Shown here one piece after another: positions 1-9,406 of a stretch of 40,814 bases of DNA; the stretch's first letter is position 1; the number at the start of each line of letters is the position of its first letter. Position numbers and translations under genes: made by a program. A model generated the notes under the pieces. The model was not told the DNA's origin. It saw nothing but the letters and a program-made list of their open reading frames with translations, and searched no databases. Source of the DNA: an uncultured Candidatus Saccharibacteria bacterium (GTDB taxonomy: Bacteria; Patescibacteriota; Minisyncoccia; Phycocordibacterales; UBA2100); NCBI GenBank assembly GCA_964363895.1, contig CAYIJV010000003.1, forward strand, positions 1 through 40,814, given 5' to 3'.

Positions 1-459
1 TGGGAGCGGGCGCACAAGCTCCTCGCTCCCGGCGCAGAGGCGGCGAAAGATGCAGGAGTCCAGTTCGGCATAGAGGCGGAGCTTCCGGCGCAAACACTCA
101 CAGAGTTTATCGGGCAAGCACTGGCACCAGAGGCCTTCGGCGTATATTATGACCTGGGCAATCAGTTCGCTTGCGGATTTCCTGTCGCTGAAGAGATTCG
201 CCTTCTTGGGGAACGAATTGTAGGCATCCACGTGAAAGACAGATTGCAGAATACCGATCCGACGGTTGAGAGTAAGTCGGTTCCGCTAGGAGGTGGATGC
301 GCGGATTTTAAGAGCGCTTTTGCGGCTCTGAAGGAGATTGGCTACTCCAACCCGCTTATCATCCAAGGCGCACGCGGTGAGGACGGCGATGAATTGGAGC
401 GGAACAAAAAGTATCGAGAATTTACAGAGAAAATCGCAAAAGAGATATGGCAGAACTAA
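1..459 (+). CDS. sugar phosphate isomerase/epimerase (xylose-isomerase-like TIM barrel), 5'-truncated by window edge
   Basis: Frame 1 is open from nt 1 to TAA 457-459. The translation (...FGVYYDLGNQF...GERIVGIHVKD...IIQGARGEDG...) resembles the C-terminal half of this family. The listed ORF 232-459 is only its GTG-initiated tail. Confidence 0.55.
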   Translation, partial: WERAHKLLAPGAEAAKDAGVQFGIEAELPAQTLTEFIGQALAPEAFGVYYDLGNQFACGFPVAEEIRLLGERIVGIHVKDRLQNTDPTVESKSVPLGGGCADFKSAFAALKEIGYSNPLIIQGARGEDGDELERNKKYREFTEKIAKEIWQN

Positions 460-1238
460 CAGAACTATTTTCACTTAAGGGCCGCGTTGCTATTATTACC
501 GGCGGCGATGGGCGGCTCGGCATCGAGCACGCAAAGGCTTTGAGTGCCGCGGGTGCAAAAGTATATTCATTTGATACCGCTCGTTCGGACACACTCGCAA
601 AAATCGCGACACACATAGACGTAGACATTACTTCGCCCGAAGATATTGCGCGCGCTGTTGCACAAATCGTAAAAGAAGAGAGGCGCATAGATATCCTCAT
701 CAACAACGCTGTCATTGACCCGCCGCTCCCCAAAGATGACGAAGCGGGCTGGGAAGACTACCCGGCATTCCCCAAGGCGCAGTGGGAGAAAGAGATCGCG
801 GTGGGCCTCTCCGGCGCGCAGTATGCTATCCAGGCGGTTGCCCCTCAGATGATAAAGCAGAAAAAAGGCTCCATCATCAACATCACCTCGACCTCCGGCA
901 TCACTGCACCCAATCACTCCAAGTATCCCGCAGGCCGTTTCAAATCAGCCGCCTATCCCACGGTGAAAACCGCGCTCTTGGGGCTTACCCGCGCGTGGGC
1001 ATCGTACTTCTCATCTGTCGGAGTGCCGAATGTGCGCGTGAATGCTGTCGCTTTTGGCGCAGTGAATTTCAAAGAAATAACGCCTGAACTTTTGGAAAAA
1101 TTAAAAGGTCGCAACATGCTCGGCCGCCCCGCGCGACCTGATGAATATCACGGAGCCATTGTTTTTCTCGCAAGCGACGCATCAGCATTCATGACAGCGC
1201 AAACTTTAATAATGGACGCCGGCCAAACCGCTTGGTAA
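447..1238 (+). CDS. SDR-family oxidoreductase
   Basis: 263 aa. Rossmann motif ITGGDGRLG, an NNAV motif and a YPTVK (YxxxK) catalytic motif. The ATG overlaps the upstream gene by 13 nt. Confidence 0.85.
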   Translation: MAELTELFSLKGRVAIITGGDGRLGIEHAKALSAAGAKVYSFDTARSDTLAKIATHIDVDITSPEDIARAVAQIVKEERRIDILINNAVIDPPLPKDDEAGWEDYPAFPKAQWEKEIAVGLSGAQYAIQAVAPQMIKQKKGSIINITSTSGITAPNHSKYPAGRFKSAAYPTVKTALLGLTRAWASYFSSVGVPNVRVNAVAFGAVNFKEITPELLEKLKGRNMLGRPARPDEYHGAIVFLASDASAFMTAQTLIMDAGQTAW

Positions 1239-1252
1239 TCACAGACACTCTC

Positions 1253-1276
1253 ACATTCTTGAGAATATAAGAATGT
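1253..1276. terminator. AT-rich hairpin between convergent genes (weak terminator candidate)
   Basis: ACATTCTT (1253-1260) pairs perfectly with AAGAATGT (1269-1276) around an 8-nt loop, followed by TTTAT on the + strand. Only 2 of the 8 pairs are GC. Confidence 0.3.
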
Positions 1277-2527
1277 TTATCGCTGGTCGAAATATTGAAT
1301 CGTCTTCTTGAGCGCCGCCGCTTGCGAGCGCCGTTCTGCCGCAGTGCCTTGGTTCGTGGTGAATTGGAACATTCTCGGCTGTAAGTGCTCGGCAACAGGA
1401 CACTTCGGATCTTTCAAAAATCCTTTTAGACGTGCGCCCTGTCCCGGAATGTCCTCAAAAAACCTGCCTCTATCCGAAACAAGTTTGGCGACAGGCTCGT
1501 GGTACGCGAGCGCCCATGCCGCGTAGATGCTGTCGCCACCGAACTTCATAAATTTCTTCCTGAAATCGTACCAGCTGATTCCGCGCTTCCCGCCCTCGAA
1601 AAGCACAGCGAGCGTGAAGTATGTGTTGACCTCTTTTCCGGCCGTTTTCTGCGGATGAAGCCACGAACAACCGCGAAGTGCTTTCAGGTATTCACGAGCC
1701 ATTGCGCGCCGCTTCGCTACGAACTCATCCAGACGCTCAAGCTGCGCCAAGCCGACAGCCGCAAGAATCTCGGAAAAGCGGTAGTTGTATCCAAATCCGT
1801 CATGCCGGAGATATTGGGGATTCTGCACAACGTCTTTCATTTTTTTCATCACGCGACGATCTGCGGCTGTGTTCACGAATCCGTGGTTGCCGAACTTGCG
1901 CATGCGCTCGGCCAATCTTTTATCATTCGTAATGAGCATCCCTCCATCGCCGGTTGTCATGTGTTTTGTCGCTTGGAAACTGAAACTCCCGACATGCCCA
2001 ATAGTGCCCGCCATGCGCCCTTTTTTGTCCTTCCCCAAAAAGCACTCCGCGCAATCTTCAAGAACGTAGAGTCGGTGCTTTTTTGCGAGCTTCATTATTG
2101 CCTCCATATCGCACACGCCTCCGTATGTGTGGACAGCCATGATAGCCTTCGTGCGCTTCGTTATTTTCCTCTCAATGTCCTTCGGGTCTATCAGGAACGT
2201 ACGAGGGTCCACATCTGCATAGACCGGTTTCGCGCCTGCCTGCAGAATGGTCGAGGTGCACATAAAGGGTGCGAGTGGCGGTGTTATGATTTCATCCCCC
2301 GGTTTGATGCCAAACGCCATAAGCGCCTGGTGCAAGGTGGACGTGCCAGAGTTGGCGGTAATCGCGTATTTCACACCGAACTTTTTCGCGAACGCCTCCT
2401 CAAGGCGCGCATTCATGCTGCCCTTAGGTCCGCCCGCAAGTCCCTGCTCGAGAAGCTCTTTAACATACTTCAGCTCATTACCCGTGAACCTCCACGCGTT
2501 GCTCGCTCGTTTTTCGACTTTTTTCAT
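1277..2527 (-). CDS. DegT/DnrJ/EryC1/StrS-family PLP-dependent sugar aminotransferase
   Basis: 416 aa. Typical family layout, with the PLP-lysine context SFQATKHMTTGDGGML. Confidence 0.9.
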   Translation of the reverse strand: MKKVEKRASNAWRFTGNELKYVKELLEQGLAGGPKGSMNARLEEAFAKKFGVKYAITANSGTSTLHQALMAFGIKPGDEIITPPLAPFMCTSTILQAGAKPVYADVDPRTFLIDPKDIERKITKRTKAIMAVHTYGGVCDMEAIMKLAKKHRLYVLEDCAECFLGKDKKGRMAGTIGHVGSFSFQATKHMTTGDGGMLITNDKRLAERMRKFGNHGFVNTAADRRVMKKMKDVVQNPQYLRHDGFGYNYRFSEILAAVGLAQLERLDEFVAKRRAMAREYLKALRGCSWLHPQKTAGKEVNTYFTLAVLFEGGKRGISWYDFRKKFMKFGGDSIYAAWALAYHEPVAKLVSDRGRFFEDIPGQGARLKGFLKDPKCPVAEHLQPRMFQFTTNQGTAAERRSQAAALKKTIQYFDQR

Positions 2528-2531
2528 ACAG

Positions 2532-3296
2532 TTACTGCCGTTTGAGCTTTAATGTCGTCTTTTTCTTCTGATTGTCAAGGAAATTCTTCTGCCGGAAGTA
2601 ATTGAGTTCGTTTATCTCGGGCTTCTTTCTCAAAAGATTCAAAATGTCTGGCGTGGGGGTCGTGTTGTTCTTCATACCCATCTCTTCAAATACCCGCTCG
2701 AAAAACGCGAGGTCCTCGGGGTAATCCAGTGTCATCCGCACACCAGTCCTATGGTATACGGTATCATCTACTTTCAATTCGGCGATCTTGAAGAGCTTCG
2801 TGTCGGTAAAGTACACACACATCATCTCGGTCGCGGTACTGTCTTTTATCTCGCACACTTTCTTGAGCGCTACGGCAGAGAAACAATAGGTAAATACACC
2901 GCACGCGAGCGTCTTTGGACCCTGAATAAAGTCCGGCTTTTCACGTTGCGCTTGCGCGATTGCAAGCTCGCACAATTCCGGCGCAAAAAAGATGTCATCG
3001 GCATCTATCGTCAAAATATAGTCCGCGCCGCACATTAAAGCGGCACCGTGCCACCGCTCCAGCTTGTCGTCCAAGCTCCCTCGAAAACACAAAATGCCCT
3101 TCTGTTTAGCGATGTCTTCCAAAACATCATCCTGCGACCTTTCGCTCGTGCATAGAACAATGCCCTCAAGTCCGCGTATCATCTTTGCCCGATCTATCAC
3201 ATGTTCGATGACTTTCTTACCCCGTATAGGCAAAAGCGCCTTCTGGGGCAATCGGCTGGAATCGGTTCGCACCGTGATGAATCCGAAGAATTTCAT
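2532..3296 (-). CDS. cytidylyltransferase (SpsF / acylneuraminate cytidylyltransferase-like)
   Basis: Start trimmed to MKFFGFITVRTDSSRLPQKALLPIRGK (ATG at 3296). This is the N-terminal nucleotidyltransferase motif RLPxK...GK. The longer ORF-track version adds 43 implausible residues. Confidence 0.75.
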   Translation of the reverse strand: MKFFGFITVRTDSSRLPQKALLPIRGKKVIEHVIDRAKMIRGLEGIVLCTSERSQDDVLEDIAKQKGILCFRGSLDDKLERWHGAALMCGADYILTIDADDIFFAPELCELAIAQAQREKPDFIQGPKTLACGVFTYCFSAVALKKVCEIKDSTATEMMCVYFTDTKLFKIAELKVDDTVYHRTGVRMTLDYPEDLAFFERVFEEMGMKNNTTPTPDILNLLRKKPEINELNYFRQKNFLDNQKKKTTLKLKRQ

Positions 3297-3302
3297 GACG
3301 GT

Positions 3303-3311
3303 AGTATACCA
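3303..3311 (-). promoter_or_regulatory. extended -10 (TGGTATACT) ending 6 nt before ATG 3296
   Basis: The minus strand reads TTGGTATACT-ACCGTC-ATG. There is no SD motif, which is a leaderless-type arrangement. Confidence 0.5.
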
Positions 3312-3349
3312 AGTATTACATCGGACTGGCGTACTCGGCGCTCTAGCGG

Positions 3350-3355
3350 TAGCAT
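3350..3355 (+). promoter_or_regulatory. -10-like TAGCAT, 8 nt before ATG 3364
   Basis: GCGGTAGCAT-GAGCTGAC-ATG in a 67-bp divergent intergenic region. No SD motif. Confidence 0.4.
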
Positions 3356-3363
3356 GAGCTGAC

Positions 3364-4638
3364 ATGTTTGCACGGCTCAAGGATACTCTTCTCGCGTTCC
3401 TGCGATGGAGCGAGGCATACACCAAAACCGATATGCTCTACGTAACGCAGGGAGGATTTTGGCTATCTCTCGCGAAGGGTGTCGGGATGTTTTCCTCACT
3501 TCTCCTTGCCACCGCTATGGCGAATCTCATCCCACCGGAGGTATTTGGAAACTATAAATTTGTGCTTTCGGCAGTAGGCATTATCGGCGCTTTCACGCTC
3601 ACTGGCATGGGCACCGCCATCATTCAGGCCGTCGCCCGCGGACACGAAGGAGCACTCCGCACGGGCATCCGGGCATATTTGTACTGGAGCGTCGGCATGG
3701 TGGCCATATCGGTTGCAGTTGCGCTGTACTACCTCATTAACAGCAACTACGTTCTCGGCATTTCGTTCATCATTGTCGCCTTGTGCAACCCGCTTCTCAT
3801 TGCCTACTCTTTTTTCAGCCAATTTATTTCCGGAAAAAAAGATTTCAAGACCGGCTCGTTCTTTGACAGTAGCGCCGACCTCATTCCCGCGTTCACCCTC
3901 ATCCTTGTACTGTTCGTTACGGAAAATCCGATACTCATCGTGCTCGTATTTTTTCTGGCCGGTATGAGCGTGAATATTTTCCTCTATCGCGCCACCGTGA
4001 AAAAATACCGCCCAAACGACACGACAGACCCTCAAACCATTCCTTACGCACAGCACTTGAGTCTGATGGGGATAATGGGAAAAATCGCCGAAAATATCGA
4101 CAAGGTCCTTGTCTTCCATTACCTTGGCGCGGCACAGCTTGCGATATATGCATTCGCTCAAACACCGATAGGTCAGCTCAAATTGCTCAACGACATCCCT
4201 GCAAAACTGGCGCTCCCAAAATTAAGCGAGCGGAATTTCCTTGACCTGAAAACATCTCTTCCGCGGAAGGTCTTTCTCTTGGCGGGGATTATGACTGTCA
4301 TCGTTATCGTCTACATAGCTTTGGCGCCTCTTCTCTTCAAACTCTTGTTTCCCAAATACCTTGGATCGGTCATCTTTACACAAATATTGGCCCTGTCCCT
4401 TATATTCGCGCCAGGTTCTATGTTCGGCGAGGCACTCGCGGCGCACATGAGAAAGAAAGAACTCTACATTTCGCAAACCATTCTACCCATTATAAAGATT
4501 GGCCTGTTCCTTCTACTTCTCCCAGCATTTGGCATATGGGGAGCAGTGTTGACGATTATTGCCTCCCAATTCTTGATGTTCGTGCTCTACGCATATCTCT
4601 TTTGGCAGGCAAAACACGAGACGCGATTGATTCATTAA
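3364..4638 (+). CDS. polysaccharide/oligosaccharide flippase (Wzx-like, MOP superfamily)
   Basis: 424 aa, hydrophobic throughout with roughly 12 predicted TM segments, in a glycan-locus context. Confidence 0.7.
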   Translation: MFARLKDTLLAFLRWSEAYTKTDMLYVTQGGFWLSLAKGVGMFSSLLLATAMANLIPPEVFGNYKFVLSAVGIIGAFTLTGMGTAIIQAVARGHEGALRTGIRAYLYWSVGMVAISVAVALYYLINSNYVLGISFIIVALCNPLLIAYSFFSQFISGKKDFKTGSFFDSSADLIPAFTLILVLFVTENPILIVLVFFLAGMSVNIFLYRATVKKYRPNDTTDPQTIPYAQHLSLMGIMGKIAENIDKVLVFHYLGAAQLAIYAFAQTPIGQLKLLNDIPAKLALPKLSERNFLDLKTSLPRKVFLLAGIMTVIVIVYIALAPLLFKLLFPKYLGSVIFTQILALSLIFAPGSMFGEALAAHMRKKELYISQTILPIIKIGLFLLLLPAFGIWGAVLTIIASQFLMFVLYAYLFWQAKHETRLIH

Positions 4639-4653
4639 ACAGGCGAAGAGATC

Positions 4654-5406
4654 CTACTTTTTCTCTAGAACAATTAAAACACGAGTGGCGAAAATCCAAG
4701 GTAAAAAATCAAGTACGAAATCGATCTTTCTCATGAACGGCAGATATGATCTGGGATACAAGGCTGGTTTGCTAAATCCACCGGAGAGTACGTAAGAAAG
4801 CGCTGAAAGTTTCTTTATGATGACTATATTCCAATCTTTTTCTATCTCCTTTCTCCAAAATGAATTCTTCCTAAAGATCCTGGCCGAATTGCCCTGTGCT
4901 GCATAGTAGGCAGTATCTGGATTCTCACCATGTGTGCCCATCCAATCTATTTTTTTCCCCAATCCTATCGGCTCATGATGAAATATGCCGTATACAATAA
5001 GTCCAAGGAGAGAGACATACGGCTCAAATATTATTGCTCTCCCTTTGCTCTTCAATACACGGCGAAACTCCTGCAATGCAAGCCCTGGACACTTGAGGTG
5101 ATGAAGGACATCGAAAATTACCAGATTTGAAACACTGCTGTCTTTTGAAGAAAGATGATATGCGCTCTCCACTCTGTCTATCCATGGATTAGGAAAAAGA
5201 TCCGTAGCGATTGCTTTCGGATAGACACTTTTGAAATTCCCGATACCAGATCCCACCTCGATTATTTCCCCATCAGTGTCTTCTTGTATATATTGTAGTA
5301 CCAGCGTATAAAACCCTTTATATATATCTCTGATTAGAGGTTTTTTATTCCACGAGTCCAGATTTTCCTGAATCTCCTTATTGTGCTGCTCTAGCGGTAT
5401 GTTCAT
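4654..5406 (-). CDS. class I SAM-dependent methyltransferase
   Basis: 250 aa. Motif I IIEVGSGIGNF and a post-I acidic residue (ATDL). Markedly AT-rich gene. Confidence 0.75.
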   Translation of the reverse strand: MNIPLEQHNKEIQENLDSWNKKPLIRDIYKGFYTLVLQYIQEDTDGEIIEVGSGIGNFKSVYPKAIATDLFPNPWIDRVESAYHLSSKDSSVSNLVIFDVLHHLKCPGLALQEFRRVLKSKGRAIIFEPYVSLLGLIVYGIFHHEPIGLGKKIDWMGTHGENPDTAYYAAQGNSARIFRKNSFWRKEIEKDWNIVIIKKLSALSYVLSGGFSKPALYPRSYLPFMRKIDFVLDFLPWIFATRVLIVLEKK

Positions 5407-5430
5407 GTAGATTCAGAATCATATCACCGA

Positions 5431-5436
5431 TATACT
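5431..5436 (+). promoter_or_regulatory. -10 TATACT, 8 nt before ATG 5445
   Basis: CCGATATACT-GAAGTCCC-ATG. No SD motif. Confidence 0.45.
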
Positions 5437-5444
5437 GAAGTCCC

Positions 5445-6134
5445 ATGAAAATCGCTGTCATCGGTGCCAATGGATACGTGGGAAGCGTACTCTACAAAGC
5501 GCTCTCTCTGGACGCGAAAAACTCGGTCACCGCAGTGACGCGGGAGAATTACGAGAAAATGGAAGGCGACGATTACGATATCGTCATTAACTGCGCTATG
5601 CCATCGGGAAGATTCTGGGCAAAGAACAACCCCGAGAAAGATTACGTCGAAACGGTGAAAAAGACGGCGAAGCTTCTGTCTGATTGGAAGTTCAAGAAAT
5701 TCGTACAGATAAGCACCGTCTCGGCTCGTTGCCAACTTGATACTGTGTATGGCAAAAACAAGGCGGAGGCGGAGAAACTTTGCAATTTCGGGACCAACCT
5801 CATTGTTCGCTTGGGAGCGCTCTACGGCGGCAATATGGAAAAAGGAGTGCTCGTAGACATGCTCGCGGGAAAAAAGGTGTATGTCGACGGCGAAAGTCGT
5901 TACTCCTTCATCTCGGTGGAAGTCGCGGCGGCTTGGATAGCATCGCATCTCGATAGAAGCGGCATTGTCGAGCTCGTGGGAAAGAACGCCATTCGCCTCA
6001 AAGACGTCGCCACTCATCTCGGAAAAGATATCGAGTTTGAGGGAGAACTTAATCACCAGGATATAGAATCGGCAGAGGATGACTTCCCAGAGGCCAGCGA
6101 TGTGTTAGGATTCCTTGGTTCACAAAACATATGA
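5445..6134 (+). CDS. short NAD(P)-binding epimerase/reductase-like protein
   Basis: 229 aa with N-terminal MKIAVIGANGYVGSVLYKAL (GxxGxxG Rossmann). Shorter than canonical extended SDRs. Confidence 0.6.
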   Translation: MKIAVIGANGYVGSVLYKALSLDAKNSVTAVTRENYEKMEGDDYDIVINCAMPSGRFWAKNNPEKDYVETVKKTAKLLSDWKFKKFVQISTVSARCQLDTVYGKNKAEAEKLCNFGTNLIVRLGALYGGNMEKGVLVDMLAGKKVYVDGESRYSFISVEVAAAWIASHLDRSGIVELVGKNAIRLKDVATHLGKDIEFEGELNHQDIESAEDDFPEASDVLGFLGSQNI

Positions 6135-6814
6135 AAGTCGCGCTTATTGCTCCTACAATCAATGAAATAGACGGCTTGCGCGCCGTGTTCCCGAAACTGC
6201 CCAAAGAATTGCTCGACGAGATCATCGTCGTGGACCTTAATTCAACCGACGGAACGGTAGAATATTGTAAGGAGCACGGCTACAAAGTCCACCGCCAACA
6301 GAGCCGCGGTTACGGAGCAGGAATACTGGAAGGCCTCGCCCAGACCGACGCCGACATCATCATCGAATTCCCTCCCGACGGATCTTCCCCGCCGGATAGG
6401 ATCGCGGACCTCCTCGCAAAAATATCCGAGGGTTATGACCTCGTCATTGGCTCACGATACCGTGATGGTGCGAAAAGCTATGACGACGACATGATTACAC
6501 ATTTCGGCAATTGGCTTTTTACCGCAATCATCAATGTTCTTTTCGGGGCACATTACACGGATACGCTCGTGGGATTCCGCGCCTATCGCCGGAGCGCGCA
6601 TAATCGCCTTGGTCTCTCCACAAGAGGACTTTCTTGGACCGCCCAACAATCGATTCAATTTGTAAAAGCTGGCCTTAAGGTGACTGAGATCGGGGTCGAT
6701 GAACCAGCCCGTATCGGCGGGGTGCGGAAAATGCATCCGGTCAGAACCGGACTTGAGATCCTCCGCGTAATCATAAAAGAATTCCTGGCCGGTAAAAAAT
6801 TCGCGGATGTGTGA
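6131..6814 (+). CDS. GT2 glycosyltransferase (polyprenol-phosphate sugar synthase / GtrB/DPM1-like)
   Basis: 227 aa. Motifs IAPTINE...VVDLNSTDGT...DADIIIEFPPDG...VIGSRY. 4-nt ATGA overlap with the upstream gene. Confidence 0.85.
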   Translation: MKVALIAPTINEIDGLRAVFPKLPKELLDEIIVVDLNSTDGTVEYCKEHGYKVHRQQSRGYGAGILEGLAQTDADIIIEFPPDGSSPPDRIADLLAKISEGYDLVIGSRYRDGAKSYDDDMITHFGNWLFTAIINVLFGAHYTDTLVGFRAYRRSAHNRLGLSTRGLSWTAQQSIQFVKAGLKVTEIGVDEPARIGGVRKMHPVRTGLEILRVIIKEFLAGKKFADV

Positions 6815-6836
6815 TATGCTGTAATTTTAAAATCCT

Positions 6837-7805
6837 ATGAAAAAAGCCATTATTAGCGGCGTTACTGGCCAAGACGGATCGTATATGGCTGAACTTCTCC
6901 TCTCGAGGGGATATGATGTGCACGGCCTTATGCGCCGACTTTCTTCATTTGCATCGGGAAGAATCGACCATCTTCATTCTCACCCCCGTTTCCATACCTA
7001 CCACGCCGACCTTACCGACAGCCCCTCCTTGTCCGGAATAATTTCAAAGGTGAAGCCCGATGAATTCTATAACCTCGGGGCAATGTCCCACGTAAAGGTA
7101 TCGTTCGAGGTGCCGCAATACACTCTTGAGACAAATATGGTTGGCGTGTTGAATGTCCTTGAGATACTCCGAACGCTATCTCCCAAGACCAAATTCTATC
7201 AGGCATCGAGTTCAGAAATGTATGGGGTGCCCGACGTACCGCCTCCTTTTAATGAAAAAACGCCAAAGAATCCTCAAAGCCCCTACGGTGCAGCAAAATT
7301 GGCCGCATTCCATCTGACACAACAATACCGAGACGGGTATAAAATGTTTGCCACTACCGGAATATTGTTCAACCATGAGAGTCCTCGAAGAGGAGGTACC
7401 TTTGTTACAAAAAAAGTAAGTCGAGCGGTGGCTAGGATTAAGCACGGACTTCAAGATTCTTTGATTTTGGGAAACCTGAACGCCAAACGAGACTGGGGCT
7501 GGGCGCCTGAATTTGTAGAAGCGATATACCTTATCATGCAACAAAAGAAACCGGATGTGTATGTCGTCGCCACGGGTGAGACCCATACCATTAAAGAATT
7601 TGTAGAAGAAGCATTTTCTCATGTTGGACTCAACTGGAAGAAATATGTGCAAATTCACGAACGATACAAAAGACCAAATGAAGTCCCGCTCCTTCTGGGA
7701 GACGCTTCAAAAATAAAGAAAATAGGGTGGGAACCGAAAATGAAATTCAGAGACATCGTTCATGCAATGGTAGATTACGATATGGCGCATCCTCATGATA
7801 ACTGA
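6837..7805 (+). CDS. gmd: GDP-mannose 4,6-dehydratase
   Basis: 322 aa. ISGVTGQDGSYMAELLL, YGAAKL and FNHESPRRG motifs are characteristic of Gmd. Confidence 0.92.
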   Translation: MKKAIISGVTGQDGSYMAELLLSRGYDVHGLMRRLSSFASGRIDHLHSHPRFHTYHADLTDSPSLSGIISKVKPDEFYNLGAMSHVKVSFEVPQYTLETNMVGVLNVLEILRTLSPKTKFYQASSSEMYGVPDVPPPFNEKTPKNPQSPYGAAKLAAFHLTQQYRDGYKMFATTGILFNHESPRRGGTFVTKKVSRAVARIKHGLQDSLILGNLNAKRDWGWAPEFVEAIYLIMQQKKPDVYVVATGETHTIKEFVEEAFSHVGLNWKKYVQIHERYKRPNEVPLLLGDASKIKKIGWEPKMKFRDIVHAMVDYDMAHPHDN

Positions 7806-8196
7806 AATCAGATCCAAAAATAAATCAAGGAATAAACTCTTTGCGCTTCTTTTGGATGTTTCGGATATAAAAGAAGGGACGTTTGCCGCCACAGATCCTT
7901 CGTGGTCGCTCCAAATGCTTATGATGAAGAGAAAGTGTGGTCATATTGTCCGAAAGCATATGCATAAAAAGATTCTTAAATCTACCAAACAGCCCATGGA
8001 AGCAATTGTCGTTGTAAGGGGAGCGATTCAAGCGAGCATTTTTGATAGATATGGGGAACTAATCGCTAAAAAAAGTGTTTCTTCTGGCCAGTGCCTTCTT
8101 ATTATTGACGGTGCTCATGAGGTGAAAGTGAAAAAAAATGCCTTGATGTATGCTTTTAAAGATGGGCCATACAGAGAGGACAAGGTGATGTTATGA
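7795..8196 (+). CDS. WbuC-like cupin-fold protein
   Basis: 133 aa. An HxH element (RKHMH), a beta-rich core and C-terminal AFKDGPY resemble the WbuC cupin family. Overlaps gmd by 11 nt and the next gene by ATGA. Confidence 0.45.
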   Translation: MITEIRSKNKSRNKLFALLLDVSDIKEGTFAATDPSWSLQMLMMKRKCGHIVRKHMHKKILKSTKQPMEAIVVVRGAIQASIFDRYGELIAKKSVSSGQCLLIIDGAHEVKVKKNALMYAFKDGPYREDKVML

Positions 8197-9401
8197 ATGT
8201 AACACAGTGCCATTTGTGCGCGTCTTATGATCTCGCGAAGGTGCTCGACCTCGGCTTTCACCCGCTTGCGGATTTTTTTATGAAAAAACATCAGCTCGAA
8301 GAAGTTGAGCGACGATATCCCCTCTCTTTGCTGCTCTGTGAAGACTGCGGACATGGAATGAATAGTTATGTTGTTCCCGCAGAAATCCGCTACCAAGAAA
8401 ACGATTACAGCTACGATTCCGGAAATTCTAAAATCTCAATACAGCACTTCACCGACATGGCGCTTGAAGTTTCAAGGCGTACCGGACTCAAAAAAGGCGA
8501 ACTCGTAGTCGACATAGGCAGCAATATTGGAACGCTTCTTGGTGCATTCAAAGAATTGGGGGCGCAGGTACAAGGGGTAGATCCTGCCTCAAACATTGCA
8601 AAACTTGCTGAAGATGCGGGAATTCCAACCATCAATGACTTTTTCAATGCGTCGGTTTGCAAAAAAATCCTCAAAAAAGGAAAACCAAAAGTTATTACTA
8701 TGACCAATGCATTCAATCACGTATCGAACCTCGATGAATTCATGCGCTGTCTTACTTCGATTATGGACAAAGATAGTAGCTTCGTTATCGAGCTTCCCTA
8801 CTTTCTAGAAATCCTGCGAAAAAAGCATTTTGATGTAGTGTATTTGGAACATGTGTCATACATAGCGGTAAAACCTCTTATCCGGTATTTCAAGAAATTC
8901 GACCTTTCGATCACTCATGTCGAGGAAAATGACTACATGAGCGGATCGTTGAGGATTTTCGTGGGCTACGGCAAAGAAAGCGAATTAGCGGCAAAACAAG
9001 TTATGCTTGAAGAAGAAATGGGGCTCTACAAAAAAGAAACGTGGAAGAAATTCGCAGAAAGTGTCAGAGCCTGTAAAATTAACTTGCTAAAAGAATTAGT
9101 GGGCGCGCGCCTCAAGGGTGGAAAGATCGCCGCTATAGGCGCAGCCGCAAAAGGAAACACGCTCCTAAACTTCTGCGGCATCGACACGTCTCTCATTGAT
9201 TTCGTGACTGACGCCTCACCTCTTAAAATTGGCAAATACACCCCGGGGTCGCACATTCCCATTATGTCGGATGATGCTATTGACGGAAATGTGACCGATG
9301 CTCTTATACTCGCATGGAATATTGCAGACTTTTTGAAAGCAAAGATTGGACCGAAATTCCCCAAAATACACTTTATTACTCCTCATGTGATAGAATCATA
9401 A
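8193..9401 (+). CDS. NDP-hexose C-methyltransferase-like (Zn-ribbon + SAM MTase + C-methyltransferase C-terminal domain)
   Basis: 402 aa. N-terminal CxxC...CxxC (CHLCAS...CEDCGH), a SAM motif VVDIGSNIGT, and a long C-terminal domain as in TylCIII-type enzymes. Confidence 0.75.
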   Translation: MNVTQCHLCASYDLAKVLDLGFHPLADFFMKKHQLEEVERRYPLSLLLCEDCGHGMNSYVVPAEIRYQENDYSYDSGNSKISIQHFTDMALEVSRRTGLKKGELVVDIGSNIGTLLGAFKELGAQVQGVDPASNIAKLAEDAGIPTINDFFNASVCKKILKKGKPKVITMTNAFNHVSNLDEFMRCLTSIMDKDSSFVIELPYFLEILRKKHFDVVYLEHVSYIAVKPLIRYFKKFDLSITHVEENDYMSGSLRIFVGYGKESELAAKQVMLEEEMGLYKKETWKKFAESVRACKINLLKELVGARLKGGKIAAIGAAAKGNTLLNFCGIDTSLIDFVTDASPLKIGKYTPGSHIPIMSDDAIDGNVTDALILAWNIADFLKAKIGPKFPKIHFITPHVIES

Positions 9402-9406
9402 ACATT

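Noticed and set aside
1499-2545. Long antisense ORFs (for example 1499-2545 +, 10492-10944 +, 14908-15402 +, 22587-23354 +, 23448-24134 +, 25967-26932 +, 27501-27902 +)
   Set aside because: Each lies entirely opposite a gene with strong family motifs. Their translations are Arg/Ser/Cys/His-rich with no motifs. These are typical shadow ORFs of GC-rich coding sequence.
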